From positions 3,224,001 to 3,288,000 of the forward strand of contig NC_079238.1 of the NCBI RefSeq assembly GCF_027921745.1: a stretch of DNA of 64,000 nucleotides. Reading direction: 5' to 3'. Source of the DNA: Schizosaccharomyces osmophilus (lineage: Eukaryota). The notes under the pieces were generated by a model that was not told the DNA's origin, made no database searches, and saw nothing but the letters and a program-made list of their open reading frames with translations. The position numbers and the translations under genes were made by a program. Each line of letters begins with the position of its first letter. The stretch's first letter is position 1. Positions 39,607 to 51,694 of the stretch are shown in pieces.

Positions 39607-41121
39607 ATGTTTACCAATACACCTGTTGGAGGGAACCGGGAGAGATATAATGGTGCACATCCAGCCTGGTCCCGATTAGGTACAAACACCGAACAGATCC
39701 ACCAAAATACTACAGACATGGCTGCTAAAATGCATAAACTTCGATACACCCAACTTCGCTCTCCTCCTACCCGCGTGTCCGTAGAGACCATGTCCTCGAA
39801 CCCAACAGCGCCTGCTCCTGCATTTGGCCTCCAGGTTCCCTACAATCAAGACGAAGCTTCTGAAAATGAAGAGTTTGAACGAGCTATTAAAGATGATCCA
39901 TCCACCGCTTCCAATGCCTCTTACTCTTCCGAAGAAAACGACGATGCCATTGAAGATACAAGCATAGCCGATACTGAAGACAACGAAGAGGCCTCAGATT
40001 TGGATGAAGATACTTACAAAGCGTATTCGAAGCGTCCCTCCGCTAAATTGCGCAAAAAACCATTCAAGCAATTTTTCAAACAGAAATCTTGGCTGCCTTT
40101 CGAATCCTACAAGTCACTGGCCTGGTTTTTCCTTGCATTGTTTCTCACCTTGATTATTATAGGAATCCTCCACAAGGCTCCGGCTATTTCATTTGGTAAA
40201 GACGATTCCATATATCCGCCGATAGCCCAACCTTCGCCTCCCAACGCAGCTGATTTGGGCAAGCCGTTCCATATGTTTGAACCCCCAAATGAAAAACCTA
40301 ACAAAGAACACGAACCCGAGCCTTCTACTGGCTTCTTGACAAAAGAAGAATTTCACAATATTCTTCACACCAAAATAGAAGAGTTAAAGGCTCAGTTAGA
40401 GAAAGAAATACTCTCGTTTAAATCATCCGAGTTAGCTGCTATTACACTTGACGATGAGTGGAAACACTTCATTCAAACGACCGTCGAAAATTATATTGGC
40501 GACCCTGTCTCACTTCCTAACTTTGCTCTTTTATCAACCGGTGCAGATGTTTTACCCTTTTTAACAACCAAAAATTATGTCAAGAGACCTTCTTCTTTTC
40601 TTCCAAAGGCAGCCTCCTATTTATTTGATTCGTTAACGATCCGTGGTCATGAACCGAATATGGCATTGCAATCAACAAATGGTGTCGCAATGTGCTGGAG
40701 CTTTCAGGGCTCAGAAGGACAATTGGGAATCTCGCTTTCACGTCCAGTATACGTTACAAATGTTACCGTCGAGCATGTGAATCAAAAGGTTGCGCACGAT
40801 CTTTCTAGTGCCCCAAAAGAGATTGAGGTTTGGGGTCAGGATGTCCACCAGAACGGAAAAAAAGGATTTTCTTACTTAGGTAGCTTGCTTTATAACATTC
40901 AAGGCGAGCCAATTCAAACCTTCCCCATTCATGTTTCATCAAAACTTCCGACGAAAAGCGTCATTTTCAAGGTTAAAAGCAATTGGGGAAATCCTGAATA
41001 TACCTGCCTATACCAGATTCGGGTTCATGGTACTGTCCCAAAACGAGAAGCAATGGCTGGCTTAAATGAAGAAACCTCTGGTTCCGAAGAAGATGCTTTG
41101 CTCGAAGAATCATTGTCATAA
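39607..41121 (+). CDS. sad1: SUN-domain spindle pole body protein Sad1
   Basis: N-terminus MFTNTPVGG, single TM segment, SUN domain (PNFALLSTGA, CWSFQGSEGQL, SAPKEIEVWG, SNWGNPEYTCLYQIRVHG). Confidence 0.96.
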   Translation: MFTNTPVGGNRERYNGAHPAWSRLGTNTEQIHQNTTDMAAKMHKLRYTQLRSPPTRVSVETMSSNPTAPAPAFGLQVPYNQDEASENEEFERAIKDDPSTASNASYSSEENDDAIEDTSIADTEDNEEASDLDEDTYKAYSKRPSAKLRKKPFKQFFKQKSWLPFESYKSLAWFFLALFLTLIIIGILHKAPAISFGKDDSIYPPIAQPSPPNAADLGKPFHMFEPPNEKPNKEHEPEPSTGFLTKEEFHNILHTKIEELKAQLEKEILSFKSSELAAITLDDEWKHFIQTTVENYIGDPVSLPNFALLSTGADVLPFLTTKNYVKRPSSFLPKAASYLFDSLTIRGHEPNMALQSTNGVAMCWSFQGSEGQLGISLSRPVYVTNVTVEHVNQKVAHDLSSAPKEIEVWGQDVHQNGKKGFSYLGSLLYNIQGEPIQTFPIHVSSKLPTKSVIFKVKSNWGNPEYTCLYQIRVHGTVPKREAMAGLNEETSGSEEDALLEESLS

Positions 41122-41154
41122 GTTGATTTCAAACACTCCAAACCTTTTCATTTA

Positions 41155-41643
41155 TTATTCTACCATTGGCTTAAAATTATAAAATAGGGTCTCTCGTTTT
41201 CTATTCTCTTCGTCAGCTTCTTCCAGTGTCAAGATCTGTTCTATAACATTGGGCGGATCCAATTCAAACCGCTTAGCACGACGCCAGCGTTCAAGCCGAG
41301 TCATTCCCAAGTAGGGTCCATATTTGGCAGACATGTCAAAGTGATGCAGGACTAATTGCACTTTACTCATTTCTTCTTCGTGGACTGGCAGACTCATACG
41401 TTCCGATAAAATGCCTTTATAAGCATTGTCAAGAGATTCGGACAGTTCAGGGTCACTTTCAATTCGTTCTTCTAAGCTGACATTCTTCGCACTTTCTTTA
41501 TTTGTTCCTTTTTCTGTAACGGACGATTTCGCATTTTTTCCCGTTGCTGAGTTTTTCGCAGTTCCTTTAGTGATTTTGGGAAATGCGTCTTGTACAGTCC
41601 TTTTTGGAGCTGTGTTTTTAGTCCCTTTGGAATTCTTCTTCAT
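41155..41643 (-). CDS. cdm1: DNA polymerase delta subunit 4 (p12/Cdm1)
   Basis: LHHFDMSAKYGPYLGMTRLERWRRA POLD4 motif. Confidence 0.93.
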   Translation of the reverse strand: MKKNSKGTKNTAPKRTVQDAFPKITKGTAKNSATGKNAKSSVTEKGTNKESAKNVSLEERIESDPELSESLDNAYKGILSERMSLPVHEEEMSKVQLVLHHFDMSAKYGPYLGMTRLERWRRAKRFELDPPNVIEQILTLEEADEENRKRETLFYNFKPMVE

Positions 41644-42044
41644 TTGGAGATGTCTGCTTTTTAGACAATAAGACTTGCACTTAATCAGACTCGCAGCTGT
41701 TTTTTATTCTTTGTTTCTTTGAAAGTTACTAATTTTTTTAAGATTTTAATTAACTGAAAACAGTGAAGATATGCTAATAATTTCTGCCTTTGAAACTTTC
41801 CTTTGTAGTCTCTTATGCATATTACCAAGATCCGATGCGTCACGCTGACGAGAATCCTATTACAGCCGCCAGCCTTTCTCTTGTTCAATAGTACAAAAGT
41901 CTGATAGAATTGAACTGGTATTATTCTATTCTAGTCAATTCTTCCCTTCTATTTAATGAGTATATTTATTTTCCTTTCTTTTGGGTCGCATATTCTTCGT
42001 TCTCAGATAATTTATATTATCACATCATCATTTCCTTAACCGTA

Positions 42045-42055
42045 GTAAACAAACA
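42045..42055 (+). promoter_or_regulatory. FLEX element GTAAACAAACA (Mei4/Fkh2 forkhead site) between cdm1 and cct1
   Basis: Perfect 11-mer; an Ace2-type CCAGCC lies at 41869-41874, upstream of cdm1. Confidence 0.55.
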
Positions 42056-42500
42056 ATAAAAAGTTTATTCTTTGAAATGCTTCTGTATAGCAAGCGAGCA
42101 TCTACTCTGGCGGATTACCAAGAATCCAACACCGCTTAAACATGTTATCCTGAAACAAGCATATCTGTACTGAAGTAGGAATACGAGTTCAATGCCGAGG
42201 ATTAATAGCTTTACATGGCCATTGGCCAAGATCTATTTGACATGGCTTAAAATATACTGAAGAAGGGAGAATAACAGCAAGAAGTGCCTTTCTTCCAGAC
42301 GACATATGTCTTCTCTTTCCTTCTTATTCCTATGGATTTCTTTTATTATTTACAGTACTTGACGGAAATGTAGTGTAGTACTTTAAACAAGGTAACAGTC
42401 TCAAGTCACGTTGGAAGAAGTCCACCGACTTGCAGTTGCTTCTTCATCAACTACAAAAGATATTCGAGCCCGTTTGTAGGGGAACTTGAATCGTTATAGA

Positions 42501-44407
42501 ATGTTTCAAGCACCTAGAGAGTCCACTCTCTGTATGTAGAGTTGCTTACAAGAAAGAAAAACTTGCTAACCGAATTCTAGTTTTGAGTGGTGAAAAAGTT
42601 AGCGGAGAAGATGTCCGCAATCAAAATGGTAAGGGTTGCTTAATAATAATATTTTAGAATACAAAAGTACTTACGCTGTTAGTTTTGGCTACGACTGCAA
42701 TTGCCAACATCGTGAAGTCTTCCCTTGGCCCTGTCGGTTTGGATAAGATGCTAGTGGATGATATTGGTGTAAGTTGTTATATTTTCAAAAGAACTGTAGC
42801 CCGATTGAGGAATGGAAGAAAATGATTTCCCATCGGTGTTCGTGCAGTTTGCATTGCGAAAAAAAAAATTTGTCTTCTAGGATATCAACTAACTGTACTA
42901 GGATGTAACCGTCACCAACGATGGTGCTACCATTTTATCGTTACTAGATGTTGAACATCCTGCTGGCAAAGTTTTGGTAGAGTTAGCACAACAGCAAGAT
43001 AAAGAAGTTGGAGATGGAACCACAAGCGTTGTGATCATCGCCGCTGAGCTTTTGAGACGCGCTAATGAGCTTGTGAAAAACAAAATTCACCCAACTACTA
43101 TCATTACAGGATACCGTTTAGCCATCCGCGAAGCTGTAAAGTTTATGAACGATGTTTTGAGCTCCAGCGTTGATACCTTAGGAAAAGAGAGTTTGGTAAA
43201 CGTTGCAAAGACTAGTATGTCTTCAAAAGTTATCGGTAACGATTCGGACTTTTTTTCAGCAATGGCTGTCGATGCCATGCTTTCTGTAAAAAGCATAAAT
43301 CCTAAAGGAGAAACTCGTTACCCGGTTAAGGCTGTCAATGTCTTGAAAGCTCACGGTCGAAGCTCTCGTGAATCTGTTTTGGTCAAAGGATATGCATTGA
43401 ACTGTACTGTTGCAAGTCAAGCAATGAAAACAAGAGTTCCAAATGCAAAGATTGCTATTTTGGACATGGATTTACAGAGAACTCGCATGGCATTAGGTGT
43501 CCATATCACCATTGACGATCCTGATCAACTTGAAAAGATTCGCGAACGTGAAGTTATGATAATCTTGGAACGCATTAAGAAGATTCTTAACTCTGGTGCT
43601 AATGTCATTTTAACGACAAAGGGAATTGATGACCTATGCTTAAAGTCCTTTATAGAAGCTGGTGCTATGGCTGTACGCAGATGCAAGCGTGAAGATTTGA
43701 GACGTATCGCAAAAGCAAGTGGTGCTACTATGTTGAGTTCATTGTCCAACTTGGAAGGTGACGAAGTCTTCGAAAGCTCTTACTTGGGTTACGCTGAAGA
43801 AGTCGTCCAAGAAAAGTTCTCTGACGATGAATGTATTTTGGTCAAAGGTACCAAAGCTTATTCTTCAGCCTCTTTGGTCTTGCGTGGTCCTAACGAATTC
43901 ACTTTGGATGAAATGGAGCGTTCTTTGCACGATGCTCTTTCGGTTGTCAAACGTACTTTAGAGAGCGGTGCTGTTGTTCCTGGTGGCGGTGCTGTTGAAA
44001 GTGCACTTAGCATATACTTAGAAAATTTTGCTACTTCACTTGGTTCTCGTGAACAATTAGCGATTGCCGAATTTGCTCAAGCTTTGCTGATTATTCCCCG
44101 AACCCTTACTGTTAATGCAGCTAAAGACTCCACTGAACTTACAGCAAAACTTCGTGCTTACCATGCTGCTAGCCAAAATGCTGAGGTAACAGACATAAAA
44201 AAGCGTGGCTATAAAAATTATGGTCTTGATTTGTTGAACGGAGTTATTCGGGATAATATAAAGGCTGGTGTTTTGGAACCTTCTATGTCTAAGTTAAAGA
44301 GTTTGAAGAGTGCGGTTGAAGCTTGCATTGCCATCTTACGAATTGATACAAGTATAAAATTAGATCCTGAGCAACAACCTGAAGATCCTCATGCCGGTAT
44401 GCATTAA
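42501..44407 (+). CDS. cct1: Chaperonin CCT/TRiC alpha subunit (3 introns at 5' end)
   Basis: Spliced [63 protein letters not shown]. Confidence 0.97.
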
Positions 44408-44703
44408 TTTTGTCATAATTAGTGTGATGTTTGACTTCTTGCATTTGACCCCTCAAAAAGGTTTCAATTTTATGACTTAAATAGGAGATTCTTAAAATAT
44501 ATAAATTTTTCCAAAACTAATTAAAAGTAAAACTAGCAATCATAAATAATTCAAAAAGGCGTTAGACATTATTCATCAAGTAATGTGTTATTGCACTATG
44601 CAAAATCAGAAAGGGGAGGAGGCATCATTTCATTATTTTTATTAAAACAACAATATAAAGAAAAATATTACGACGAACTTTTTATCATGTCAACTAAAAA
44701 TTA

Positions 44704-47679
44704 TTACGCTTTAATAGATGTTGAATCATCATGGCTAAAGTAAGAAAAACCGCGAAACTCCTCTTGCATCTTATCGGTCAAAACTGATTGAACTGGCGTC
44801 AAAACCGGCAATTCTCGAGTAAACTCTTCATCGAAATATTTGGTATCTGTTTGGGAATCAAGTTGAGGGATATAAGGTGGCTGAGTTTGCTTATGATAAA
44901 TATCATCCCAATTAATGTTATTAAAAAATGGATGAGCCATAACGTCTTCAGCATCATTCTCGCCGGACCCGAGCCGCTTTATAGGATCTCGTGTGAGCAG
45001 CTTTTGTAAAATGGAAACGGAATCTCTAGGCATATGAATTGGATATAAAGGTTCATCAGATAAAATAGCATCGAAAATTTCTTCCTCATCATCTCCTCTA
45101 AATGGGGATTGACCGAGAAGCATTTGATATATGAGAACACCGAATGCCCACCAGTCCACGCTACGAGTATAATTTTGCTCCAATAAAATTTCAGGAGCCA
45201 TAAATTCAGGTGTTCCGCAAAATGTAGCAGTCGTATTGTTGTACCACATATCTTCCTTGCACAATCCGTAATCCGCTACTTTAATATGGCCATCGGGACT
45301 TAAAAGAATGTTATCCAATTTCAGATCTCGATAGACAATGCCATTATCATGGAAATACTTTAATGCCAAACATACTTCTGCTGCGTAAAACTGAGCGCGA
45401 CGTCTAGAGAATTGCTGTTGTTGAATGTGTAACATCAAATCTCCTCCGCTAACAAAATCCATCACAAAATATATTCTTGTCTCTGTTTGAAAACAAGAAT
45501 GAAGGTTCACTAAGAAGGGATGACGCTCACGATTAGCCACGAGGAAAACACGTTTTTCAGATTTGGTACTTTCGACTTCATCATTCTCTAGAATAAACTT
45601 TTTCTTCAACACCTTTATTGCGTACAATTCCTTATTGCTCTTATACTCTGCCAGCATAACCTTTCCGAAATTTCCTTTTCCTAAGACAGTTAAGAAATTA
45701 AAATCTTCCAAACCAATTCTTTTTGGCTTCCCATCATAAGTAAAACCAGGGACAGAAGCATCACGAGAAGAAACTATAGTATTTACGCCCTTTACAGAAA
45801 CATCTCCCTCTTTTTTGTTATTTATTTCTTTAGTAATCGATCCTTTAGGAGCTTGGTCTTTTGTACCCTTTTTACCCGAAAGCTCTATTGCGCCAGCATG
45901 GACCGGCTTCCTTTTAATGGGTTCAATTGAAAACTTTTGGGATGTAGGAGTAGGAGGAGATTCATTTAGCGTACCAACTGGCGAAGGTTGACTAGCTTTA
46001 TCTTCTGAAAATGCTGTTGTTGAAGCAGGTGCAAGATTGTTAGGCTTCTTGTTATAGTTAGTCGCTTTTTGTTTAGTAGTACGAATTTCAGAAAGGACGC
46101 GGTTAGCCATTTCCATTGACATTCCACAAAAATCAGGAACTAAATGAACACATTGAGCATGTGCTGTGATACCACATTCTGTACATTTTCTTGCATTTTT
46201 ACGACCAAAAGGGAGAATATAACCACAATGACAGCACCAGTTCGCTCCAATATTTGTATGAGACTCGAAATGGTGTGGTATTCTGTGATTTATTTTCTCA
46301 TATTCACTCGAAAATGAGTCACTAGACTTCGAAATGCACTTTGTTACAACCTTGGAATAGCATTTTCTATGGCATGTGTAAAGACAATCTTTACATTGCA
46401 TACCAATGGCACTTTTTAAAAATTCACCACATAAAGCACAGCGCATAATCTGATAGAATTGGTGTTGCAAGAAACGGTGTCCGTAAACCTCATGCACGCT
46501 CTCTTTGCGCTGACGAATTGCACCTTGTCGACCTAACCCTGCATCCAAAGGACGCTTTCGAACATTGTTTTTAGTAAAATTCATGGTCAAATGAATTTGA
46601 CCCACGGGCTCCAAAGAAAACCAAGCATTAACAATAGAGTTTCCTTCAGGAGACTTTGAAGCCACGGTCTCCGGTTTAGAAGAGGCCAATGATGATGGTA
46701 AAAACATGGACGACCTTTGATTTTGCATATGATCTGCACTGACCCAACCTTTGTCGGATACTTCTTGCTCGACTTTTTTACGACGCTGTTTTTCGACCAA
46801 ATCTGAAAGACGGACCCACAGTAATGCAACAGGCAACAAGACTTTCTCATTCTTTTTTTCATAAACGATGACTTCCACTTCGTTGGTTTTTTCGAGATTT
46901 ATTTCGAAGTTGTCATAAAATTTACCTCCACGACTAGTTCTCGTCCTCGCGCGCTCAAGGTCTTCAGCACGAATGACTACAAGTGTCTCCGTGTGTTTTG
47001 ATAATCCAGCAGAATGAGAAACATTTCGTATAGAATGCACACCTATTTTCAGTAAGCCGGACTGAGGACGCCGAGCATTCAGGTTTAGTCGACTTTCATT
47101 AGTGGGGACATCATCTTCATCAATTTCAATATGCAAGTCATGATAACGTTTTAATGACTGTTGAAGCAAACTGATTTTCTGGGCACTTTCTTCGTACTTC
47201 TTTTCCGCCTCAGCAATGCTACGTCGATCGTGCTCACGTTCGTACAACTTTGCCATTTTCTCAATACCTCTTCGATATTGTTCTTCAACGGAAAGCTTAA
47301 ATTCCAACTGTTGTAACAAAAACGAAATTTTGTTGATCGTCAAAGGGGCATCGTAGTTCAATAAATCCAAGTTGGAGTCAACATTAGACAGACCAGAAGA
47401 GGTACTTTTTGATGATTTCGGATTGGAGTATTGAGGTTTCAATGTCGGCTCTGAGGACCCCTTCGATGAGACGCTTCCTGACTTTCGAAGTTGCAGTTTT
47501 CCGAGGCGTTCTTCAAGATATATTATGCTCTTTTTCGCTTCTTCAATATTACTATGAAGCTGTTGATGAACTACCGGGTTTTGCGTCAAACGTTTCATCG
47601 AAAGGGCTCCATGAATCACCGATCTTTCCCTCTCGATTTTTCTGTTGACTTCAGTAATTGCTTCATCTAGCATATCCAT
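44704..47679 (-). CDS. pck2: Protein kinase C-like kinase Pck2
   Basis: HR1 repeats, pseudosubstrate RQGAIRQR, two C1 domains, AGC kinase domain. First ATG at 47679 (MDMLDEAITEV). Confidence 0.94.
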   Translation of the reverse strand: MDMLDEAITEVNRKIERERSVIHGALSMKRLTQNPVVHQQLHSNIEEAKKSIIYLEERLGKLQLRKSGSVSSKGSSEPTLKPQYSNPKSSKSTSSGLSNVDSNLDLLNYDAPLTINKISFLLQQLEFKLSVEEQYRRGIEKMAKLYEREHDRRSIAEAEKKYEESAQKISLLQQSLKRYHDLHIEIDEDDVPTNESRLNLNARRPQSGLLKIGVHSIRNVSHSAGLSKHTETLVVIRAEDLERARTRTSRGGKFYDNFEINLEKTNEVEVIVYEKKNEKVLLPVALLWVRLSDLVEKQRRKKVEQEVSDKGWVSADHMQNQRSSMFLPSSLASSKPETVASKSPEGNSIVNAWFSLEPVGQIHLTMNFTKNNVRKRPLDAGLGRQGAIRQRKESVHEVYGHRFLQHQFYQIMRCALCGEFLKSAIGMQCKDCLYTCHRKCYSKVVTKCISKSSDSFSSEYEKINHRIPHHFESHTNIGANWCCHCGYILPFGRKNARKCTECGITAHAQCVHLVPDFCGMSMEMANRVLSEIRTTKQKATNYNKKPNNLAPASTTAFSEDKASQPSPVGTLNESPPTPTSQKFSIEPIKRKPVHAGAIELSGKKGTKDQAPKGSITKEINNKKEGDVSVKGVNTIVSSRDASVPGFTYDGKPKRIGLEDFNFLTVLGKGNFGKVMLAEYKSNKELYAIKVLKKKFILENDEVESTKSEKRVFLVANRERHPFLVNLHSCFQTETRIYFVMDFVSGGDLMLHIQQQQFSRRRAQFYAAEVCLALKYFHDNGIVYRDLKLDNILLSPDGHIKVADYGLCKEDMWYNNTTATFCGTPEFMAPEILLEQNYTRSVDWWAFGVLIYQMLLGQSPFRGDDEEEIFDAILSDEPLYPIHMPRDSVSILQKLLTRDPIKRLGSGENDAEDVMAHPFFNNINWDDIYHKQTQPPYIPQLDSQTDTKYFDEEFTRELPVLTPVQSVLTDKMQEEFRGFSYFSHDDSTSIKA

Positions 47680-48243
47680 CGTCGTATTGCCCTTCTTTCT
47701 TCTGAATACTGACTCTTTTAGGGTATTAATCCACTTCTTTATGTCTCTATGGGAGTACACTTATTGTTGGTTGTCGGTGAATGAGTGACATTTGACTAGT
47801 CGCATAATATGTAATAGTCCTCCACTACTGCGGGAAGCTTAATCCAGTATATAGTTGAATATATCAATTGATATTGTTTTATCTACTTAAATGAAGTACT
47901 TTCATAAACGATTTATTTTTTAGGCCCTTAGTTGGAAATTCATATCACCTTAGCCTAGTCCTTATTACCGACTGAATACTAAAGTAGAAGCTGAATATCT
48001 TAAACATTGTACTTATAAAGGAAGTAACTTTTCCTGATTTAACTTTTTGGTAATTTTCTAGGAAGAACATAATTTTGCTTTTTGTTTTCCTTTCAAGATC
48101 CTATCTGAAACATTCTATCATCCATTCTACGATCATAGTGCAAAACCAAAAATTATCCATTCGTGGTGCGTGTTTGCGTGTGCCTGGAAAGAATTCTGCT
48201 TTAGCAATCGTTAAATGGGTCTTATAGTTGAAAGCATTTAGCA

Positions 48244-49186
48244 ATGGCTACTGAGGATCCATCATGGACAGTCAAACGTACGTGGTTCATTATGACTTTT
48301 CAAAATAACACAATACAGAATGCATAGACGTCTTCCGTGAGTTTTGTAAGTGATGCTTTTTCTTTCAAGACGCTAAACACAAATATAGTGATTGTCTGTA
48401 TTCATAGTATTCTATGCAATCGTCAGCTATATCCAGAAAGTAAGACTACTTACTATAAATAATAAGGAAACGAGTGTTTACAGCAATAGGTCTTTTTATC
48501 AAATCTAGGAAGTATAATACTGTTGTTTGGCAATCGCGCCATCCTATATTATGCAATTACATTCAAGACGCTGTTGAGGCATGCACTCAAGAACTGCAAG
48601 AGGTATAATAATTGCTATCCATTTTTATTTGGTAATTCTTCTGACCTTTTAGGGAATAGTTGAATGTATTTATCTCTCAATTACGTCGACAGACCAAGTG
48701 GAACTGGAACGGTATATATTTTCAGCTTACTCAATTCCGAGAATCCCAGACTTTTTACTTGAAAAACCGTAAGGAAAATGTTAATCTGTTGTGAGTTTAA
48801 CTTTCCTGACCAGATCGTCAGTGTATCTCCAAGGGTGCCGTATTCCGATTCTTTTGTAGAATCTCTAAGAGCAGCAATGATCCGAATTCAAAATGCTACG
48901 CATTCATTACAACAATTACCAGAAAGTAACTTTACTCTTCATATCTAAATGAAATTGTTGCTGACTTTTCACAGATTGTTCATGGTCAATTCGACTTACT
49001 TTGAAAGAAAACAACACTAGACCCAAGGCTTGGGAAACCTGGTACCTATCAGAACATACTCCGGAATCCAACTTGGAGAGAAGATACCAAAATCTTACTA
49101 TACCGCTGAGAAATATTTCTATTGGACCAATGGATTCTGAAATATGGCTTGAATCGCGCCCAGACGTGTACGACAATGAAAAGTAA
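48244..49186 (+). CDS. rev7: DNA polymerase zeta HORMA subunit Rev7 (7 exons, mostly missed by the ORF track)
   Basis: Manual splicing gives MATEDPSWTVKQCIDVFREFLIVCIHSILCNRQLYPESLFIKSRKYNTVVWQSRHPILCNYI...ERYIFS...IPLRNISIGP; syntenic with pck2. Confidence 0.88.
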
Positions 49187-49699
49187 TAGACTGACTACAG
49201 AACCGCAGAACTTTAGCAATTCCATTTATGTTTGATGAACTTTCTAATATATAGATGTACTAGTTTTGTTTATGATTATTTTTTTTGGTAGGTTGATTAA
49301 CATCCTTGATATATTTCCTATAAGGCTATATACCTTTGGTTTTTCAAGAACCTACTTCCTTGTCTGTTTTGAATAATATAATCATCCAGTTTTACAAAAA
49401 AAAATAAGAATACGTTGATAAGTCCTATAAAATTCTTGCATACTAATTTTTTTTCATTTACCAGATCAAATCTTACATGTTTCTTTTTTCGATCCTTGTT
49501 TACTAGAGTAGTGTAGTAGTCCAATCATTAACTTGTACAACGAATTTTACCAAGGATCAGTAAACGAAGCTAGTATGTGTCTACAATTTCCAATATCAAA
49601 GGTGTTCGCGCTTACTACACTAGACAGTAAAGATTGCTTTATTTATTATAGAAAACGGAAGGGTTCAATTGAGAATTGAAATCTAATAATCTGACATTC

Positions 49700-51694
49700 A
49701 TGTCCTCTAGAGCGCCGATTCCATCCCTCGAGGAGATTGTTAGAAACAAAAGGACTCGCGAAGAACGAGAATCCAAACCAAAATTTTTATCTAAAGCCGA
49801 GCGAACACGTTTAGCTCTTGAACGAAGGCAAAAAGATGTAGAACAAACCAAAAGCAGGCGAGCTACAGAGTTGTCAAACTTAAAGAATGGAATAATCAAT
49901 CAGTACGAAGACGGGGCAAACGATTCTGGATCTGAAAGTAAGAGGGATAAACTCGAATCATCAACACAAGTGAGCAATGCAAGTAACTATGAAAGCTCTA
50001 CAGATGAAGGTTTCGCTGCTGCTGTTCGACAAAGATATATGGGCATCCAACCCCAACCTCAAAAGAAGCGACGAAGAAATGCAGAAAAAAAGTTCGTTTT
50101 TGACTGGGATGCAACGGATGATACAATGAAGGATGCAGATTTTTCCGTTTCACCTGAATCGACGATTGCTGTCTTTGGTAGAGGAAAACTAGGGGGCTTT
50201 GATGAGAAATCTATAGAAAGCGTGAAAGAAAGATCAGGATTAATTCAACGGTTATTACAAGGATCAGATGAAGACAAAAAAAGAGCACATGAACTCTTGC
50301 ACTTGCACGAAAGAAAATCCCGTAAAGTTGATTGGGATGACGTCCCTTGGAGAGAAAAACCTTTGGAAGCTATGAAGCCTCGTGACTGGAGAATTTTAAG
50401 AGAAGACTACAACATCTCCATGAAAGGAGATGATGTACCTAATCCTTTGAGAAACTGGAAAGAAGCCAACTTACCCGGTGAACTTATGAGTGTGTTAAAG
50501 AAAAATAATTATAAGGAGCCAAGTTCTATTCAACGTGCCTCAATTCCCGTTTTACTACAAGGAAAAGATTTGGTTGGAATTGCTGAAACCGGTAGTGGTA
50601 AAACAGCAGCTTTCATGATTCCTCTGGTACAGACTATACTGAAATATCCTCCTTTGGATGAAACTAATTTGCATCTTGGACCGTATGCGATTGTACTAGC
50701 ACCTACACGTGAGTTGGCTCAGCAAATTCAAGCCGAGGGAAACAGATTTGCCGAACCTCTTGGTTTTCGCTGTGTTTCTGTCGTTGGTGGTCATGCTTTT
50801 GAAGAGCAATCTTTTCAGTTAAGTCAAGGCGCTCATATTGTTGTTGCTACCCCTGGACGTCTAATCGATTGTCTTGAGAGAAGAGTTTTTGTTTTGAGTC
50901 AGTGTTCTTACGTTGTCATGGATGAAGCCGATCGAATGCTAGACATGGGTTTCGAAGAGGATGTGAATAAGATTTTGGAATCTCTTCCTTCGTCAAATAA
51001 TTCCGATAAAAATGCTATCATCCCTACTAGCGAGAGTCAACCTTCATCAATGCGTCGAACCCTGATGTTCAGCGCTACTTTACCTCCGAGGGTTGCACAT
51101 CTTGCGCAACGATATCTCAACAATCCCACGCTATTGACTATTGGTAGTATTGGTCAAGCTGTTGACAGAGTTGAGCAAATAGTTGAAATGGTTTCTGACG
51201 ACTCAAAACGCATGAAGCGTCTTGAGGAACTTCTTGAATCCGGTAAATTTGCTCCTCCTATTATCGTTTTTGTAAATTTGAAAAGAAATATTGAGGCTAT
51301 TTCTAAACAATTGAATACATTAGGTTGGCACGCTGTTACACTTCACGGTAGTAAAAATCAAGAACAAAGAGAAAAAGCTATTGAACAACTACGTGGTGGA
51401 ACAGCTGATATTTTGGTTGCTACAGACATCGCTGGCCGTGGTATTGATATACCCAATGTATCTCTAGTACTTAATTACAATATGGCTAAAAGCATTGAGG
51501 ATTACACCCACAGAATTGGACGTACAGGTCGTGCTGGTAAATCTGGTGTTGCGATTACATTTTTAGGTTCCGAGGATGAAGATGTCTTTTACGATCTTAG
51601 GGTAATGTTATCAAAAAGTGCCAAAGCACGTATCCCTGATGAATTGAAAAATAACGAAGCTGCTTTTTCGAAGCACGCTCCTATCACCCAGTAG
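49700..51694 (+). CDS. prp28: U5 snRNP DEAD-box helicase Prp28/DDX23
   Basis: PKFLSKAER, KKFVFDWDATDDT, MKPRDWRILREDYNI, AETGSGKT, DEAD, HRIGRTGRAG. First ATG at 49700. Confidence 0.95.
   Translation: MSSRAPIPSLEEIVRNKRTREERESKPKFLSKAERTRLALERRQKDVEQTKSRRATELSNLKNGIINQYEDGANDSGSESKRDKLESSTQVSNASNYESSTDEGFAAAVRQRYMGIQPQPQKKRRRNAEKKFVFDWDATDDTMKDADFSVSPESTIAVFGRGKLGGFDEKSIESVKERSGLIQRLLQGSDEDKKRAHELLHLHERKSRKVDWDDVPWREKPLEAMKPRDWRILREDYNISMKGDDVPNPLRNWKEANLPGELMSVLKKNNYKEPSSIQRASIPVLLQGKDLVGIAETGSGKTAAFMIPLVQTILKYPPLDETNLHLGPYAIVLAPTRELAQQIQAEGNRFAEPLGFRCVSVVGGHAFEEQSFQLSQGAHIVVATPGRLIDCLERRVFVLSQCSYVVMDEADRMLDMGFEEDVNKILESLPSSNNSDKNAIIPTSESQPSSMRRTLMFSATLPPRVAHLAQRYLNNPTLLTIGSIGQAVDRVEQIVEMVSDDSKRMKRLEELLESGKFAPPIIVFVNLKRNIEAISKQLNTLGWHAVTLHGSKNQEQREKAIEQLRGGTADILVATDIAGRGIDIPNVSLVLNYNMAKSIEDYTHRIGRTGRAGKSGVAITFLGSEDEDVFYDLRVMLSKSAKARIPDELKNNEAAFSKHAPITQ

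Noticed and set aside
42075..42330. Possible small gene or H/ACA RNA between cdm1 and cct1
   Set aside because: All frames are short or stop-interrupted; ANANNA and ACA motifs occur, but there is no convincing 5' hairpin or guide pocket.
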